From Patescibacteria group bacterium (lineage in GTDB: Bacteria > Patescibacteriota > Saccharimonadia > UBA4664 > SCTI01), in assembly GCA_004297735.1 (NCBI GenBank), contig SCTI01000002.1, forward strand, positions 160 through 64,159: a DNA stretch of 64,000 nt, written 5' to 3'. Below are positions 49,264 to 58,248 of the stretch, piece after piece. A model generated the notes under the pieces. The model saw only the letters and a program-made list of their open reading frames with translations. It made no database searches and had not been told where the DNA came from. Positions within the stretch are counted from its first letter, which is position 1. Each line of letters opens with the position of its first letter. Position numbers and translations under genes: made by a program.

Positions 49264-50635
49264 AGCGGCGCCTGGCCCAGACTAAGCCAGCCAGCGAAAC
49301 CGCCATTGCCGCCGCGCCGGCCAAACTTAATATAACTGCGTTGTCGCCGGTAGCAGCTAGGCTAGATGAGCTGGCGGCGGATCCGCTGTTGGTTGTAGCC
49401 GCAGGGGCGGTACTGGTAGCTGCTGGCGCAGACGAACTAGCCACCGGCTCCGGCGTGGCAGCTGCCACAGCTACCACCAGGGTTAGCTGAGTTTGCCCAA
49501 CTGTAGCACCGCTACCATCGGTCGCCACTACGGTAACCTGATGCTGACCGTTGGCGATGCTCTGATCAGCGGTTACGGTCCAGTTACCACTCGAGTTCGA
49601 GGTGGCCTTAAACGACTTGCCGTCAACCGTAACGGTAACGGTAGAGTTTGGCTCGCTGGTACCGCTAAAGACCGGGTTAGCAGTGGTCACGTTGGTGGGA
49701 TTAGCTACGGCTACTCCGCTCACCGACTGTACCGCGGTAGCCTTGGCGGCCGCGGCCTGCACGATAAAGGCTGGCGTGGTGCTGGTGGCACCACCAAACT
49801 GAACCCACTCGCTAGCCTGATCGCCAACCTTAGCCCTGGCCTGCCACTGATACTGGCCATCATCGAGATTATCCACCGTCACACTTGGATTGAGATTGCT
49901 GCCATTAGCCGAAACCGCCGAGCCGGTATGAGTGGCCTCACCAGTAAACGGAGTGCCAATCGGTCGGACCTCAACCTCGGGCGTAACCGAGCCGCTGTTG
50001 GCATCGGTCTCAATAGTAAAACTAAGCTTAACGCTCTTTTGCTGTACCGTCCCACCGGCTGCCACCGCTTCACCGCTGGCGGTGAGCTGCTTTAAGCTGG
50101 TCGGATTAACCGCCTCAACCTCTTTAGTTGGGGCCTTGGGCTGCTCTTTTTTGGGCTGATTTAAAAACCACCAGCCAATCGCGGCGCCAACCGCAACCAG
50201 TAGTAAGACAATTAAGCCGACAACCAGCGGCCAGCGACGCTTAGGCGGCTCGGGAGCGTTTGGTACCGGTCGCGGTTCTGGTGGAGGTGGCGGAGTTTCG
50301 GCAGGCGTAGGCGCTGGGGCCGGCTTAGGGGTAGCCTCAGGAGCCTTTTTGGCGGCCGCCCTTACATACGAAGCCTTTGGCGCGGTGCTCATGCTGGTAG
50401 CTAGCGGCGTTTGGTTTACCGGGTTAGGAGCCGGGACCGGGCGGGCATGAAAAGCGCTCGCCTCATAGGCGTTGGCACTGGTGGTATTAATCTGATTGTT
50501 GGTACCCGATCCATTCAGCAGATTCATCCGCGGATTATTGGTTGGATTCGGGGTACCGCTGGTAAGTGAATCCATACTCCGTCCGTTATCACACGTACTT
50601 GAATTAAGCATAGCAATAACCATAAGCAGATTCAA
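49247..50635 (-). CDS. LAxTG-anchored surface protein with Ig-like repeats
   Basis: 462 aa; Pro-rich N-terminus, TM, Thr/Val-rich beta repeats, C-terminal LAATG + hydrophobic + RRR sorting signal. Confidence 0.55.
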   Translation of the reverse strand: MNLLMVIAMLNSSTCDNGRSMDSLTSGTPNPTNNPRMNLLNGSGTNNQINTTSANAYEASAFHARPVPAPNPVNQTPLATSMSTAPKASYVRAAAKKAPEATPKPAPAPTPAETPPPPPEPRPVPNAPEPPKRRWPLVVGLIVLLLVAVGAAIGWWFLNQPKKEQPKAPTKEVEAVNPTSLKQLTASGEAVAAGGTVQQKSVKLSFTIETDANSGSVTPEVEVRPIGTPFTGEATHTGSAVSANGSNLNPSVTVDNLDDGQYQWQARAKVGDQASEWVQFGGATSTTPAFIVQAAAAKATAVQSVSGVAVANPTNVTTANPVFSGTSEPNSTVTVTVDGKSFKATSNSSGNWTVTADQSIANGQHQVTVVATDGSGATVGQTQLTLVVAVAAATPEPVASSSAPAATSTAPAATTNSGSAASSSSLAATGDNAVILSLAGAAAMAVSLAGLVWARRRYATFF

Positions 50636-50670
50636 GGGCTTTTAAGCGTTTTTTAATGATTACACACATT

Positions 50671-50692
50671 AAAAAACCGGCCGCCTAGCCGG
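50671..50692 (-). terminator. rho-independent terminator of rplU
   Basis: CCGGC-cgccta-GCCGG preceded on + strand by A6 (T6 on minus). Confidence 0.5.
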
Positions 50693-50721
50693 AATCTTAA
50701 TAGCTTTGATTAATCGGCTAG

Positions 50722-51039
50722 CTAAGCCGACTTAGCCTTACCAATTGAGGTGACCTTAATCTGGGTGTAGCGCTGACGGTGACCGGTCAACTTTTTAACC
50801 CGCTTTTTGGCCTTAAACTTGAGCACCTTAATCTTATCGCCCTTGGTCTCGCCCAAGACCTCAGCCGCTACGACCACGCCCTTAACTCGAGGCGCGCCTA
50901 CCTCAACCTTATCGCCATCAATTACCATTAAAGGCTCAAAGGTCAGTTTTTTGGCGTCATCAGATACCAGATCAATTTCTAGGGTCTGGTTTGGCTCAAC
51001 TAAATGCTGTTTGCCGCCGGCTAAAATTACTGCTTGCAT
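50722..51039 (-). CDS. rplU: 50S ribosomal protein L21
   Basis: 105 aa. Confidence 0.85.
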   Translation of the reverse strand: MQAVILAGGKQHLVEPNQTLEIDLVSDDAKKLTFEPLMVIDGDKVEVGAPRVKGVVVAAEVLGETKGDKIKVLKFKAKKRVKKLTGHRQRYTQIKVTSIGKAKSA

Positions 51040-51109
51040 GGGTATATAACCACTTAAATAACCTCACCACTATAACCAAAATCTTCAGGTTTGTAAAGAA
51101 GTAAAGGCG

Positions 51110-52222
51110 CTACGACCCAAACTGAATCTTTTTACGCCTAATCGCGATCGATTCCAGAAGGCCGACTGCGATTAGCGACACCAACAAGCTGGTGCCTCCG
51201 TAGCTGATAAATGGCAGTGGAATACCGGTCACCGGCATCAGCCCAATATTCATACCAATATTAATAAACAGGTGGAACAGCAGCATGGTGACCACGCCGA
51301 CCGCTACAAACACCCCAAAACGATCTTCGGCTCTTGAAGCAATGTAGATCCCGCGTAGCAACAGTACGGTAAATAGCAGTAGCACGATCAGGCCGCCAAT
51401 AAATCCCATTTTTTCGCTTAACACCGCAAAAATAAAATCGGTGTGTTGTGATGGTAAAAAGTTAAGTTGCGACTGACTACCGGCGGCCAACCCGCGCCCG
51501 TACAGCTGCCCACTACCCACCGCGATCGTAGACTGAACCACGTTGTAGCCGGTGCTAAGCGGGTCGGCGGTTGGGTTTAAGAACACCTCTAGACGGGCGC
51601 GCTGGTACGGTTTAAGCACAAACTGGATAAAGATTGGCAGGCTTACCACGGCGGCACCAAACAGCGCCGCAAAGTAGGTCCAGCGCACCTGGGCCATTAT
51701 CGCCATTACCAGCCAAATAGCACCAAACACTAGGGCCGTTCCTAGGTCTGGCTGAGCCAACACCAGCAGGCCAGGGACCGCCACATACAGTAACGAGATC
51801 GCCACCGGGCGAATTCGATCCATTGAGTCATAGTTGGCACTAAAGTACTTAGCCAACACCAAGATCATCACAATCTTAGCGAACTCCGATGGCTGAAACT
51901 GGAAAAAGCCAAGATCAATCCACCTGGTAGCACCCAGGGCAGTCTTGCCCAATACAAAAACCGCCAACAAGCTGACCAACATCGCCACATACAAAACCGG
52001 GGTAACCTTGCTCCAGCCACGGTAGTCCATGCGCGCCGCAAGCCCGAACCCAACCAACGCAATAACTAAAAAATAAACTTGGTGAGCAGCGTCCACCGGC
52101 GCAACCAAGTTAGCCGCCTTAAACGAGGTTGAGTAGATTACCACCACCCCCACAAGAGACAGTGCAAGCGCTGCGCCAAACAGCACCCAATCAAAGTTTT
52201 TCCAGAACCGCGACTTAAACAT
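51110..52222 (-). CDS. SEDS family peptidoglycan polymerase FtsW/RodA
   Basis: 370 aa, 10-TM SEDS pattern. Confidence 0.8.
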   Translation of the reverse strand: MFKSRFWKNFDWVLFGAALALSLVGVVVIYSTSFKAANLVAPVDAAHQVYFLVIALVGFGLAARMDYRGWSKVTPVLYVAMLVSLLAVFVLGKTALGATRWIDLGFFQFQPSEFAKIVMILVLAKYFSANYDSMDRIRPVAISLLYVAVPGLLVLAQPDLGTALVFGAIWLVMAIMAQVRWTYFAALFGAAVVSLPIFIQFVLKPYQRARLEVFLNPTADPLSTGYNVVQSTIAVGSGQLYGRGLAAGSQSQLNFLPSQHTDFIFAVLSEKMGFIGGLIVLLLFTVLLLRGIYIASRAEDRFGVFVAVGVVTMLLFHLFINIGMNIGLMPVTGIPLPFISYGGTSLLVSLIAVGLLESIAIRRKKIQFGS

Positions 52223-52270
52223 TAAGTTCTATTATACGCGGTAAGCCGGGTCAACAAAATCTACCAAGAC

Positions 52271-52289
52271 CCTGGTGGAACTGTTGGGG
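52271..52289 (-). repeat. attR-like direct repeat: 3' end of the tRNA-like gene
   Basis: minus-strand CCCCAACAGTTCCACCAGG versus copy A CCCCATAGCTCCACCAGG and A2/B CCACAGCTCCACCAG. Confidence 0.5.
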
Positions 52290-52467
52290 CGCCTCTCTAA
52301 CCCAGATTCTGGCAGATAGCAGTTTTACACGCTATTTGCAGGGTGGGCATTTGACTATCGGATGGCGCTTTGCGCATGCTGAAGACCCACCGATCGGTGG
52401 GTCCCGAGGTCCACTGGCAAGGGGACGCGGGGCAACGTACTACAACCCCGCAAAGGAGGTGGAGTAC

Positions 52468-52653
52468 ATGGGAAAGCCAAAGTTCGACACCCAGTCGAAC
52501 AACTCGAATGCGTGGGTCGGTGTCCGCGAAGGTCAGGACAGATCATCCGGCAAGACGCATACCGAGATCATCGTGCATGACAAGAGCAACAACGATCACG
52601 CTCACGTCGGCATCGATAAGAGCGGCAATCAGATATATCGCCGTGATCGCTAA
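52468..52653 (+). CDS. hypothetical 61-aa protein (island cargo)
   Basis: RBS AAAGGAGGTG 7 nt before ATG; MGKPKFDTQSNNSNAWVGVREGQDRSSGKTHTEIIVHDKSNNDHAHVGIDKSGNQIYRRDR; high GC. Confidence 0.35.
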   Translation: MGKPKFDTQSNNSNAWVGVREGQDRSSGKTHTEIIVHDKSNNDHAHVGIDKSGNQIYRRDR

Positions 52654-52699
52654 ATAGCGACACCGAGGCCCTTCCGGCCTCGGGCCGGGAGGGCCTCAT

Positions 52700-53026
52700 C
52701 TATACGCGGCGCGTCAGGCCATCCTCGCGAGCTACTCCCTCACCGAACGCCGATGCAATCGCGCTGTAGCGCGCGAGGAGCACCAGAGCGTTCGCAATCT
52801 CGCCATGCTCAGCCGGTACGAGAAACTCTCGCATCCACGCTGAGTTCGGAGTCGCAGCCATTATGTCCGCGAGCACAGCAGCCTCTTCGGGATCTGCTGC
52901 CGCCCAACGATCACGAATCAGCTTCGAAGCTTGATCGATCGATCGGTCATCGAAGTCGTCCTCGTCGAAGCGACGGCGCATTTCATCGCGCAGCTCGACC
53001 AAGTCTTGTAATTCACTGTTACCCAT
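52700..53026 (-). CDS. hypothetical acidic 108-aa protein (island cargo)
   Basis: convergent with the 61-aa gene across a GC-rich bidirectional hairpin (52665-52700); divergent from the recombinase gene. Confidence 0.4.
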   Translation of the reverse strand: MGNSELQDLVELRDEMRRRFDEDDFDDRSIDQASKLIRDRWAAADPEEAAVLADIMAATPNSAWMREFLVPAEHGEIANALVLLARYSAIASAFGEGVAREDGLTRRV

Positions 53027-53268
53027 GGCTTTATTGTCGAACAGGCCAGCGACTCATGCAAGCACGAGCGTGTCCAATCGCCCGTCCGATCGCGTCAGAG
53101 TGCTCGCTCCTGAACTTCCCGCATTCAGGCGCTTTCCGCTCGATTAAGGCCTAGGACTATCTAGGGCCCTTTGCCCTCCCTTACTACAAACGCCTCCAGA
53201 TCTGGCAAAATACGTATTGGCTTAACTACTGATACGAGCTAAGATCCTTAACGAAAGGAGGTGCACAT

Positions 53269-55002
53269 ATGAGTGAAAGTGATAAAACTGTGACTCTCGC
53301 TCAAGCGCCCAAGAAGGCGCTGGTGTATCTCCGTGTGTCCTCGGCCCAGCAGGCCGAGACCGACTACGACGTTGAGGGCTTCTCGATCCCAGCTCAGCGC
53401 GAGGCCTGCAGGCGCCGTGCCGCGGAGCTAGAAGCTGAGGTCGAAGCAGACTTCGTCGATCGCGGCGAGTCGGCCAGAAGCGCTGACCGCCCAGCCCTGC
53501 AACGGATGCTGGCCAGGCTTGAAGCCGGCGGCATCGATTACGTCATCGTCCACAAGCTGGATCGACTGGCGCGTAACCGGGCCGACGACGTCGAGATCGC
53601 GATGCGGATCAAGGCAGGCGGTGCGGTGCTGGTCTCCGTCACCGAGAACATCGATGAGACGCCATCCGGGATGTTGGTTCACGGAATCATGTCCTCGATC
53701 GCCGAGTTCTATAGCCGCAACCTGGCCTCAGAGATCGTCAAAGGCTCCCGGCAGAAGGCCAAGAACGGCGGCACGCTGACCCGGGCGCCCATTGGGTACC
53801 TGAACGTGCGCGAGTTCGTAGATGGCCGCGAGATCCGCACTATCGGTATCGACGAGGAACGAGCGCCGTACGTGCAGCTGGCGTTCGAGCTCTACGCCAC
53901 CGGCAACTACTCGCTGTCGCAGCTCTCCACGCTGCTCGAACACCAGGGGCTGCGTTCCCGGGCTACTCGCCGGCGGCCGAGCGTCCCGGTCACGGCCAGC
54001 AAGCTTCAGGCGATTCTGCGCAACCCGTACTACAAGGGCATCGTCTCCTACCAAGGCGAGAGCTTCCCCGGTCGGCATCAGCCGCTCGTTGACGACGATC
54101 TGTTTGAGCGAGTCGGCCAAGTCCTCTCCGGCAAGAAGCTCAGTGGCGAGCGGGACCGCAAGCACCGTCACTACCTCAAGGGCTCGCTCTACTGCGGCGA
54201 GTGCGGCCGCCGTCTGACGTTCAGTCGCAACACCGGCAATGGTGGCTCCTACGACTACTTCGTCTGCAGTGGCAAGCAGCGCAAGACCTGCAGCCAGGGA
54301 TATCTGCGCACCGATCACATCGAGGCTGAGGTCGAGAAGCTCTACGCGACAGTCCAGCTGACGACCAAGCAGCGCGCAGAGATCCGCCGCCTGGTTGAGA
54401 CACACCTCGATGCCATGCGGGCGGTGACCGACGCCGAAGCCAACAAAGCCACGGCTGAGATCACAAAGCTGCTGCGCGAAGAACGCAAGCTGCTTGAGCT
54501 GTACTACGCAGACCTCGTGAGCCGCGAGGCCTACGCCGAAGAGACCAAGCGGATTGCCGACGGCAAGCGGGCCGCCCAGCGACGTATTGACGAAGCTTCA
54601 GGAACTACACAGGAGCTACTCGAGGCACTCAACCGTGCGCTGGAGATGACAACCAACGCGCACAAGACCTACCTGATGTCCGACTTCACCGGACGCCGCC
54701 TAATGAACCAAATGTTCTTCAAGCGGATCGAGGTCAAGGCCGACGAGATCGATGACGTCAAGCTCTCCGACCCCTACGCCCAGCTACTGGCCCAGGACCT
54801 GCTGGCAGAAGCCGAGGAAGCCGCCAGAGAGGCCGCCGCTACCGGCGTCTGGGAGGCCCCGGAACTTCAGGCCGAACCGGCCACAGGGCCCGGAAACCAA
54901 AGAACCCTCGGCCTTTCTTTGGCCGAGGGTTCCATTAGTACTGCTGTCATGGAGCTGTGGGGATTCGAACCCCAAGCACGAAGATTATCGGTCCTTTGCT
55001 AG
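53269..55002 (+). CDS. large serine recombinase (phage-integrase type)
   Basis: 577 aa; N-terminal resolvase domain with catalytic Ser (LVYLRVSSAQQ), recombinase domain, Zn-ribbon (CGECGRR...FVCSG) and coiled-coil; RBS AAAGGAGGTG; the 3' end of the ORF runs into tRNA-like copy B, so the true stop is uncertain. Confidence 0.85.
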   Translation: MSESDKTVTLAQAPKKALVYLRVSSAQQAETDYDVEGFSIPAQREACRRRAAELEAEVEADFVDRGESARSADRPALQRMLARLEAGGIDYVIVHKLDRLARNRADDVEIAMRIKAGGAVLVSVTENIDETPSGMLVHGIMSSIAEFYSRNLASEIVKGSRQKAKNGGTLTRAPIGYLNVREFVDGREIRTIGIDEERAPYVQLAFELYATGNYSLSQLSTLLEHQGLRSRATRRRPSVPVTASKLQAILRNPYYKGIVSYQGESFPGRHQPLVDDDLFERVGQVLSGKKLSGERDRKHRHYLKGSLYCGECGRRLTFSRNTGNGGSYDYFVCSGKQRKTCSQGYLRTDHIEAEVEKLYATVQLTTKQRAEIRRLVETHLDAMRAVTDAEANKATAEITKLLREERKLLELYYADLVSREAYAEETKRIADGKRAAQRRIDEASGTTQELLEALNRALEMTTNAHKTYLMSDFTGRRLMNQMFFKRIEVKADEIDDVKLSDPYAQLLAQDLLAEAEEAAREAAATGVWEAPELQAEPATGPGNQRTLGLSLAEGSISTAVMELWGFEPQARRLSVLC

Positions 55003-55016
55003 ACCAACTCAGCCCC
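54950..55016 (-). ncRNA. tRNA-like small RNA, copy B (integration target; 3' CCA end replaced by island DNA)
   Basis: GGGGCTGAGTTGGTCTAGCAAAGGACCGATAATCTTCGTGCT-TGGGGTTCGAATCCCCA-CAGCTCC-A; fully paired acceptor with G3:U70; aligns to copy A along its whole length. Confidence 0.4.
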
Positions 55017-55144
55017 GCGTAAAAGCCATTGCTACCACCAAGGCATTTACAGTATTTCAAACAGTTATTAACAAAAAATTATCGATTTGACATGGAATGC
55101 AAAAATGTTAATCTATATCTGTACGAGGATTATCGGTCCTACCT

Positions 55145-55173
55145 AAAAAACCGGCCATCATGGCCGGTTTTTT
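55145..55173. terminator. bidirectional rho-independent terminator (ileS 3' end)
   Basis: A6-CCGGCCAT-ca-TGGCCGG-T6. Confidence 0.7.
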
Positions 55174-55185
55174 AGTGCCTATTTT

Positions 55186-58137
55186 TTAGCTCTTCTTCAA
55201 CGAGATTATCAGCTCTTCCCCATCAACTTTGGTGTGCTGCGTATCCTCAAAGTGATCCGAACCGCTCGTCACCTTCTCCGCCAAAACCTCTTGGGCAATT
55301 GTCGCCTGATGCTCTTTGAGGGCCTCGCTGAGATCTTTTGCTTCACCGACTACGTCAAAGTTGAGCTCGATTCGGTCATCAACTTGGAGACCAGCCCGTT
55401 TACGCAAGTTCTGAACATGGCGAACCACATCGCGCATGATGCCCTCGCGCTTGAGTTCGGGAGTGATAGTGGTGTTAATCTCTACACCTGATTTGTACTC
55501 ACCAGACGCCCTCTCGAACTTGACCTCCTTAACGTTCAGCTCTTCTTTAGCGATATTTAATAAACTTTCTTCCAATGGATCTGTCCACTGCAGCGTAGCC
55601 ATACTGAGTGGCTGACGAACCTTGATACCCGTGCCTCTTGCCCTGAGCTCGAGCCCCTGGGTAATGAGCCTTCGTAGAACGGTCATGCGTTCTAATAAAT
55701 CCTCATCAATCTCCCCGGTCTCCGGCCAGTCGCTCAGATGAACCGAAGCTGGAACGTCCATACCGGCAGTCAGCTCGCGCCACAGCTTATCGGACACAAA
55801 TGGACTCCACGGCGCCAGTAGCTGCGCGATTCGCGCCATGGCGTAATGCAGCGTGGCGTAGGCGGCCTGCTTGTCGCCATCATCCTCACTCTTCCAAAAG
55901 CGGCGGCGACTGCGGCGCACGTACCAGTTAGACAGATCATCGATCAGCTCGCGAATTGGACGGGTCGCCTTAGCGATTTGGTAGGCATCGGCCTGCTTGG
56001 TCGATTCGGCAATGGTTTGGTTGAGGCGAGCGAGTAGCCACTGGTCCAAAATGTTGTCGCTGTCTGGCTGGGTTAGAGTTTTTGGCGGCTGCCAGTTGTC
56101 TACCTCGGCGTAGGTACTAAAGAAGCTATACACGTTCCAGAGTCGAAGGAAAACGTTGCGCGCGGTCTCCTGCACGGCCTCGGACGAAAAACGAACATCC
56201 TCACCGGCCACAACCGGGCTCGACATCAAGAAGAAGCGCAGACTATCGGCACCCTGCGTACTAAAGAGCTCGGCTGGATCGGGGTAATTTTTTAATCGTT
56301 TACTCAGCTTTTTGCCATCGGCGGCCAGGACGAGCCCGTTCACGACCACGTTTTTATAGGCCGGCTTATCCATTAGGGCGGTCCCGAGTACGTGTAGGGT
56401 GTAGAACCAGCCGCGAGTCTGGTCCAGACCTTCGGCAATAAACTCAGCCGGGAAGGCCTTGGCGAAGCCATCTTTATGCTCAAACGGATAGTGATCCTGG
56501 GCGTATGGCATCGCCCCGCTCTCAAACCAACAGTCAAACACCTCTTCGGTGCGTTTGTAGGTTTTACCATCGCGTTTAATAACGATTTCATCAATGCCGG
56601 GACGGTGCAGATCAAACTCTTTATCGTGGCCACTGAGCTCACGGAGTTCGTCGAGACTACTAATGACGATGATGTCCTCAGTATCCTCCACGTTCACCCA
56701 AATTGGTAGCGGCGCGCCCCAGAACCGGTTGCGGCTAAAGTTCCAGTCACGCGCGTCGGCCAGCCAGTTACCAAAGCGACCTTGTTTAATGTGATCTGGC
56801 ACCCAGTTAACCTGGTTGTTGTTGGCGACCAGTTTTTCGCGCAGATCGGTTACCTTAATAAACCAGCTTGGAGTCGCAAAGTACATCAGCGGAGTCTCAC
56901 AGCGCCAGCAGAACGGGTAGGTGTGCTCAAAGGTTTCGGCGGCGAAGATGCGGCCCTTGGCGGTCAGGTCGGCGATAATGTGTGGGTCGGCGTCCTTAAA
57001 GAAGGTGCCAACGATTGATTCCAGGCCGTCAACTTGCTTGAGAGCTTCAACCATGACGCCAAATCCGTCCACGCTTTCGATGAGCGGCAGATTTTCGCGC
57101 TTACCAAGCTCTAGGTCGGTCTCGCCATAGCGCGGCGCGACATGGAGGACCCCGGTGCCGTCTTCAAGGCTAACCGAGTCATCGGCGTAGACTTGATGCG
57201 CATTATTAAGCTGGGCTTCGTCGGTTACTGCGAGCTTATACAGCGGCAGATACCGCTTGCCCACCAAATCGCTTCCTTTGTGCTCTGCGACCACCTTGTA
57301 GTCGGCTTTGCGCAGCTCCAGCTCGCTTAGGCGCTTCTTAGCCAAGATGAGTCGCTCGCCTCGCTTCCACTCCTCACCTTCACCCGAATTGGTCAGCTCA
57401 ACCGTGACGTATTCAGCTTTTACGTCAACCGCCAGAGCAGCGTTAGCTGGCAATGTCCACGGCGTAGTGGTCCAGGCAAGCAGCGAGGTGTTTTCATCAT
57501 CTTTTAATTGGAACTTAACGTAAACGCTGGGGTCGGGCACGTTATCTTTGTAGTTTTGATTAACCTCAAAGTTACTTAAGGTGGTGGCGCAACGCGGACA
57601 GTACGGGCTAGAACGAAAACCGCGGTAAACCAATCCTTTTTCGTGCAGCTGACTCAACACCCACCAGACGCTTTCAATGTAGTTATCGTCCAGGGTGGCA
57701 TAGGAGTTTTCTTGATCGCTCCAGCGACCCAGGCGAGTCATAAACTCTTCCCACTCATTCTTATACTTAAAGACGCTGGCGCGGGCAGCTTCATTAAACT
57801 TATCTACACCAAGCTCCAGAATCTGGCGCTTGCTGGTTATGCCTAGCTGTTTTTCAACCTCATTTTCAACCGGTAAACCATGGGTGTCCCAGCCGTTGCG
57901 GCGCGGGACATAGTAGCCGCGCATGGTTTTATAGCGGGTGATTGAATCTTTTTCGGTCAGAGCCACCACGTGACCATAGTGCGGCAAGCCGTTGGCAAAT
58001 GGCGGGCCGTCATAAAAGCTGAATCGATCGCTGCCCTGACGCTGCTCAACGCTTTGTTCGAAGGTTTTTTCATCCTTCCAAGTCTTGAGCATCTCGGCTT
58101 CGAAGGCGGGAAAGTCGGCTGGCTGGGCTTTTTTCAT
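55186..58137 (-). CDS. ileS: isoleucine--tRNA ligase
   Basis: 983 aa; HYGH (HIGH) and KMSKS (KLSKR) motifs, CP1 editing domain. Confidence 0.95.
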   Translation of the reverse strand: MKKAQPADFPAFEAEMLKTWKDEKTFEQSVEQRQGSDRFSFYDGPPFANGLPHYGHVVALTEKDSITRYKTMRGYYVPRRNGWDTHGLPVENEVEKQLGITSKRQILELGVDKFNEAARASVFKYKNEWEEFMTRLGRWSDQENSYATLDDNYIESVWWVLSQLHEKGLVYRGFRSSPYCPRCATTLSNFEVNQNYKDNVPDPSVYVKFQLKDDENTSLLAWTTTPWTLPANAALAVDVKAEYVTVELTNSGEGEEWKRGERLILAKKRLSELELRKADYKVVAEHKGSDLVGKRYLPLYKLAVTDEAQLNNAHQVYADDSVSLEDGTGVLHVAPRYGETDLELGKRENLPLIESVDGFGVMVEALKQVDGLESIVGTFFKDADPHIIADLTAKGRIFAAETFEHTYPFCWRCETPLMYFATPSWFIKVTDLREKLVANNNQVNWVPDHIKQGRFGNWLADARDWNFSRNRFWGAPLPIWVNVEDTEDIIVISSLDELRELSGHDKEFDLHRPGIDEIVIKRDGKTYKRTEEVFDCWFESGAMPYAQDHYPFEHKDGFAKAFPAEFIAEGLDQTRGWFYTLHVLGTALMDKPAYKNVVVNGLVLAADGKKLSKRLKNYPDPAELFSTQGADSLRFFLMSSPVVAGEDVRFSSEAVQETARNVFLRLWNVYSFFSTYAEVDNWQPPKTLTQPDSDNILDQWLLARLNQTIAESTKQADAYQIAKATRPIRELIDDLSNWYVRRSRRRFWKSEDDGDKQAAYATLHYAMARIAQLLAPWSPFVSDKLWRELTAGMDVPASVHLSDWPETGEIDEDLLERMTVLRRLITQGLELRARGTGIKVRQPLSMATLQWTDPLEESLLNIAKEELNVKEVKFERASGEYKSGVEINTTITPELKREGIMRDVVRHVQNLRKRAGLQVDDRIELNFDVVGEAKDLSEALKEHQATIAQEVLAEKVTSGSDHFEDTQHTKVDGEELIISLKKS

Positions 58138-58150
58138 GGGGTCTCCTGTA

Positions 58151-58248
58151 GGTCCGACCTAGCAAAGGGTCGGACCTCTTATCTAGTGGGTAATCTTTTG
58201 TTAATCTAGCTTATTCGAGAAAGGTCGGACCCTTTGCTAGGTCGGACC
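58151..58248 (-). promoter_or_regulatory. ileS leader: two near-identical hairpins GGTC(C/G)GACC-N8-GGTCGGACC separated by 46 nt, just upstream of the RBS
   Basis: H1 58151-58176 and H2 58223-58248 are reverse complements of each other (1 mismatch) and each is internally self-complementary; no T-box consensus found. Confidence 0.45.

Larger units (their letters stand above)
52271..55016. mobile_element. about 2.7-kb integrative mini-element (large serine recombinase plus two small ORFs) inserted at the 3' end of a tRNA-like gene
   Basis: high-GC block bounded on the minus strand by tRNA-like copy B (54950-55016, 3' end truncated at ...CAGCTCCA) and a 19-nt direct copy of the tRNA-like 3' end (CCCCAACAGTTCCACCAGG, 52271-52289). 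Confidence 0.6.
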
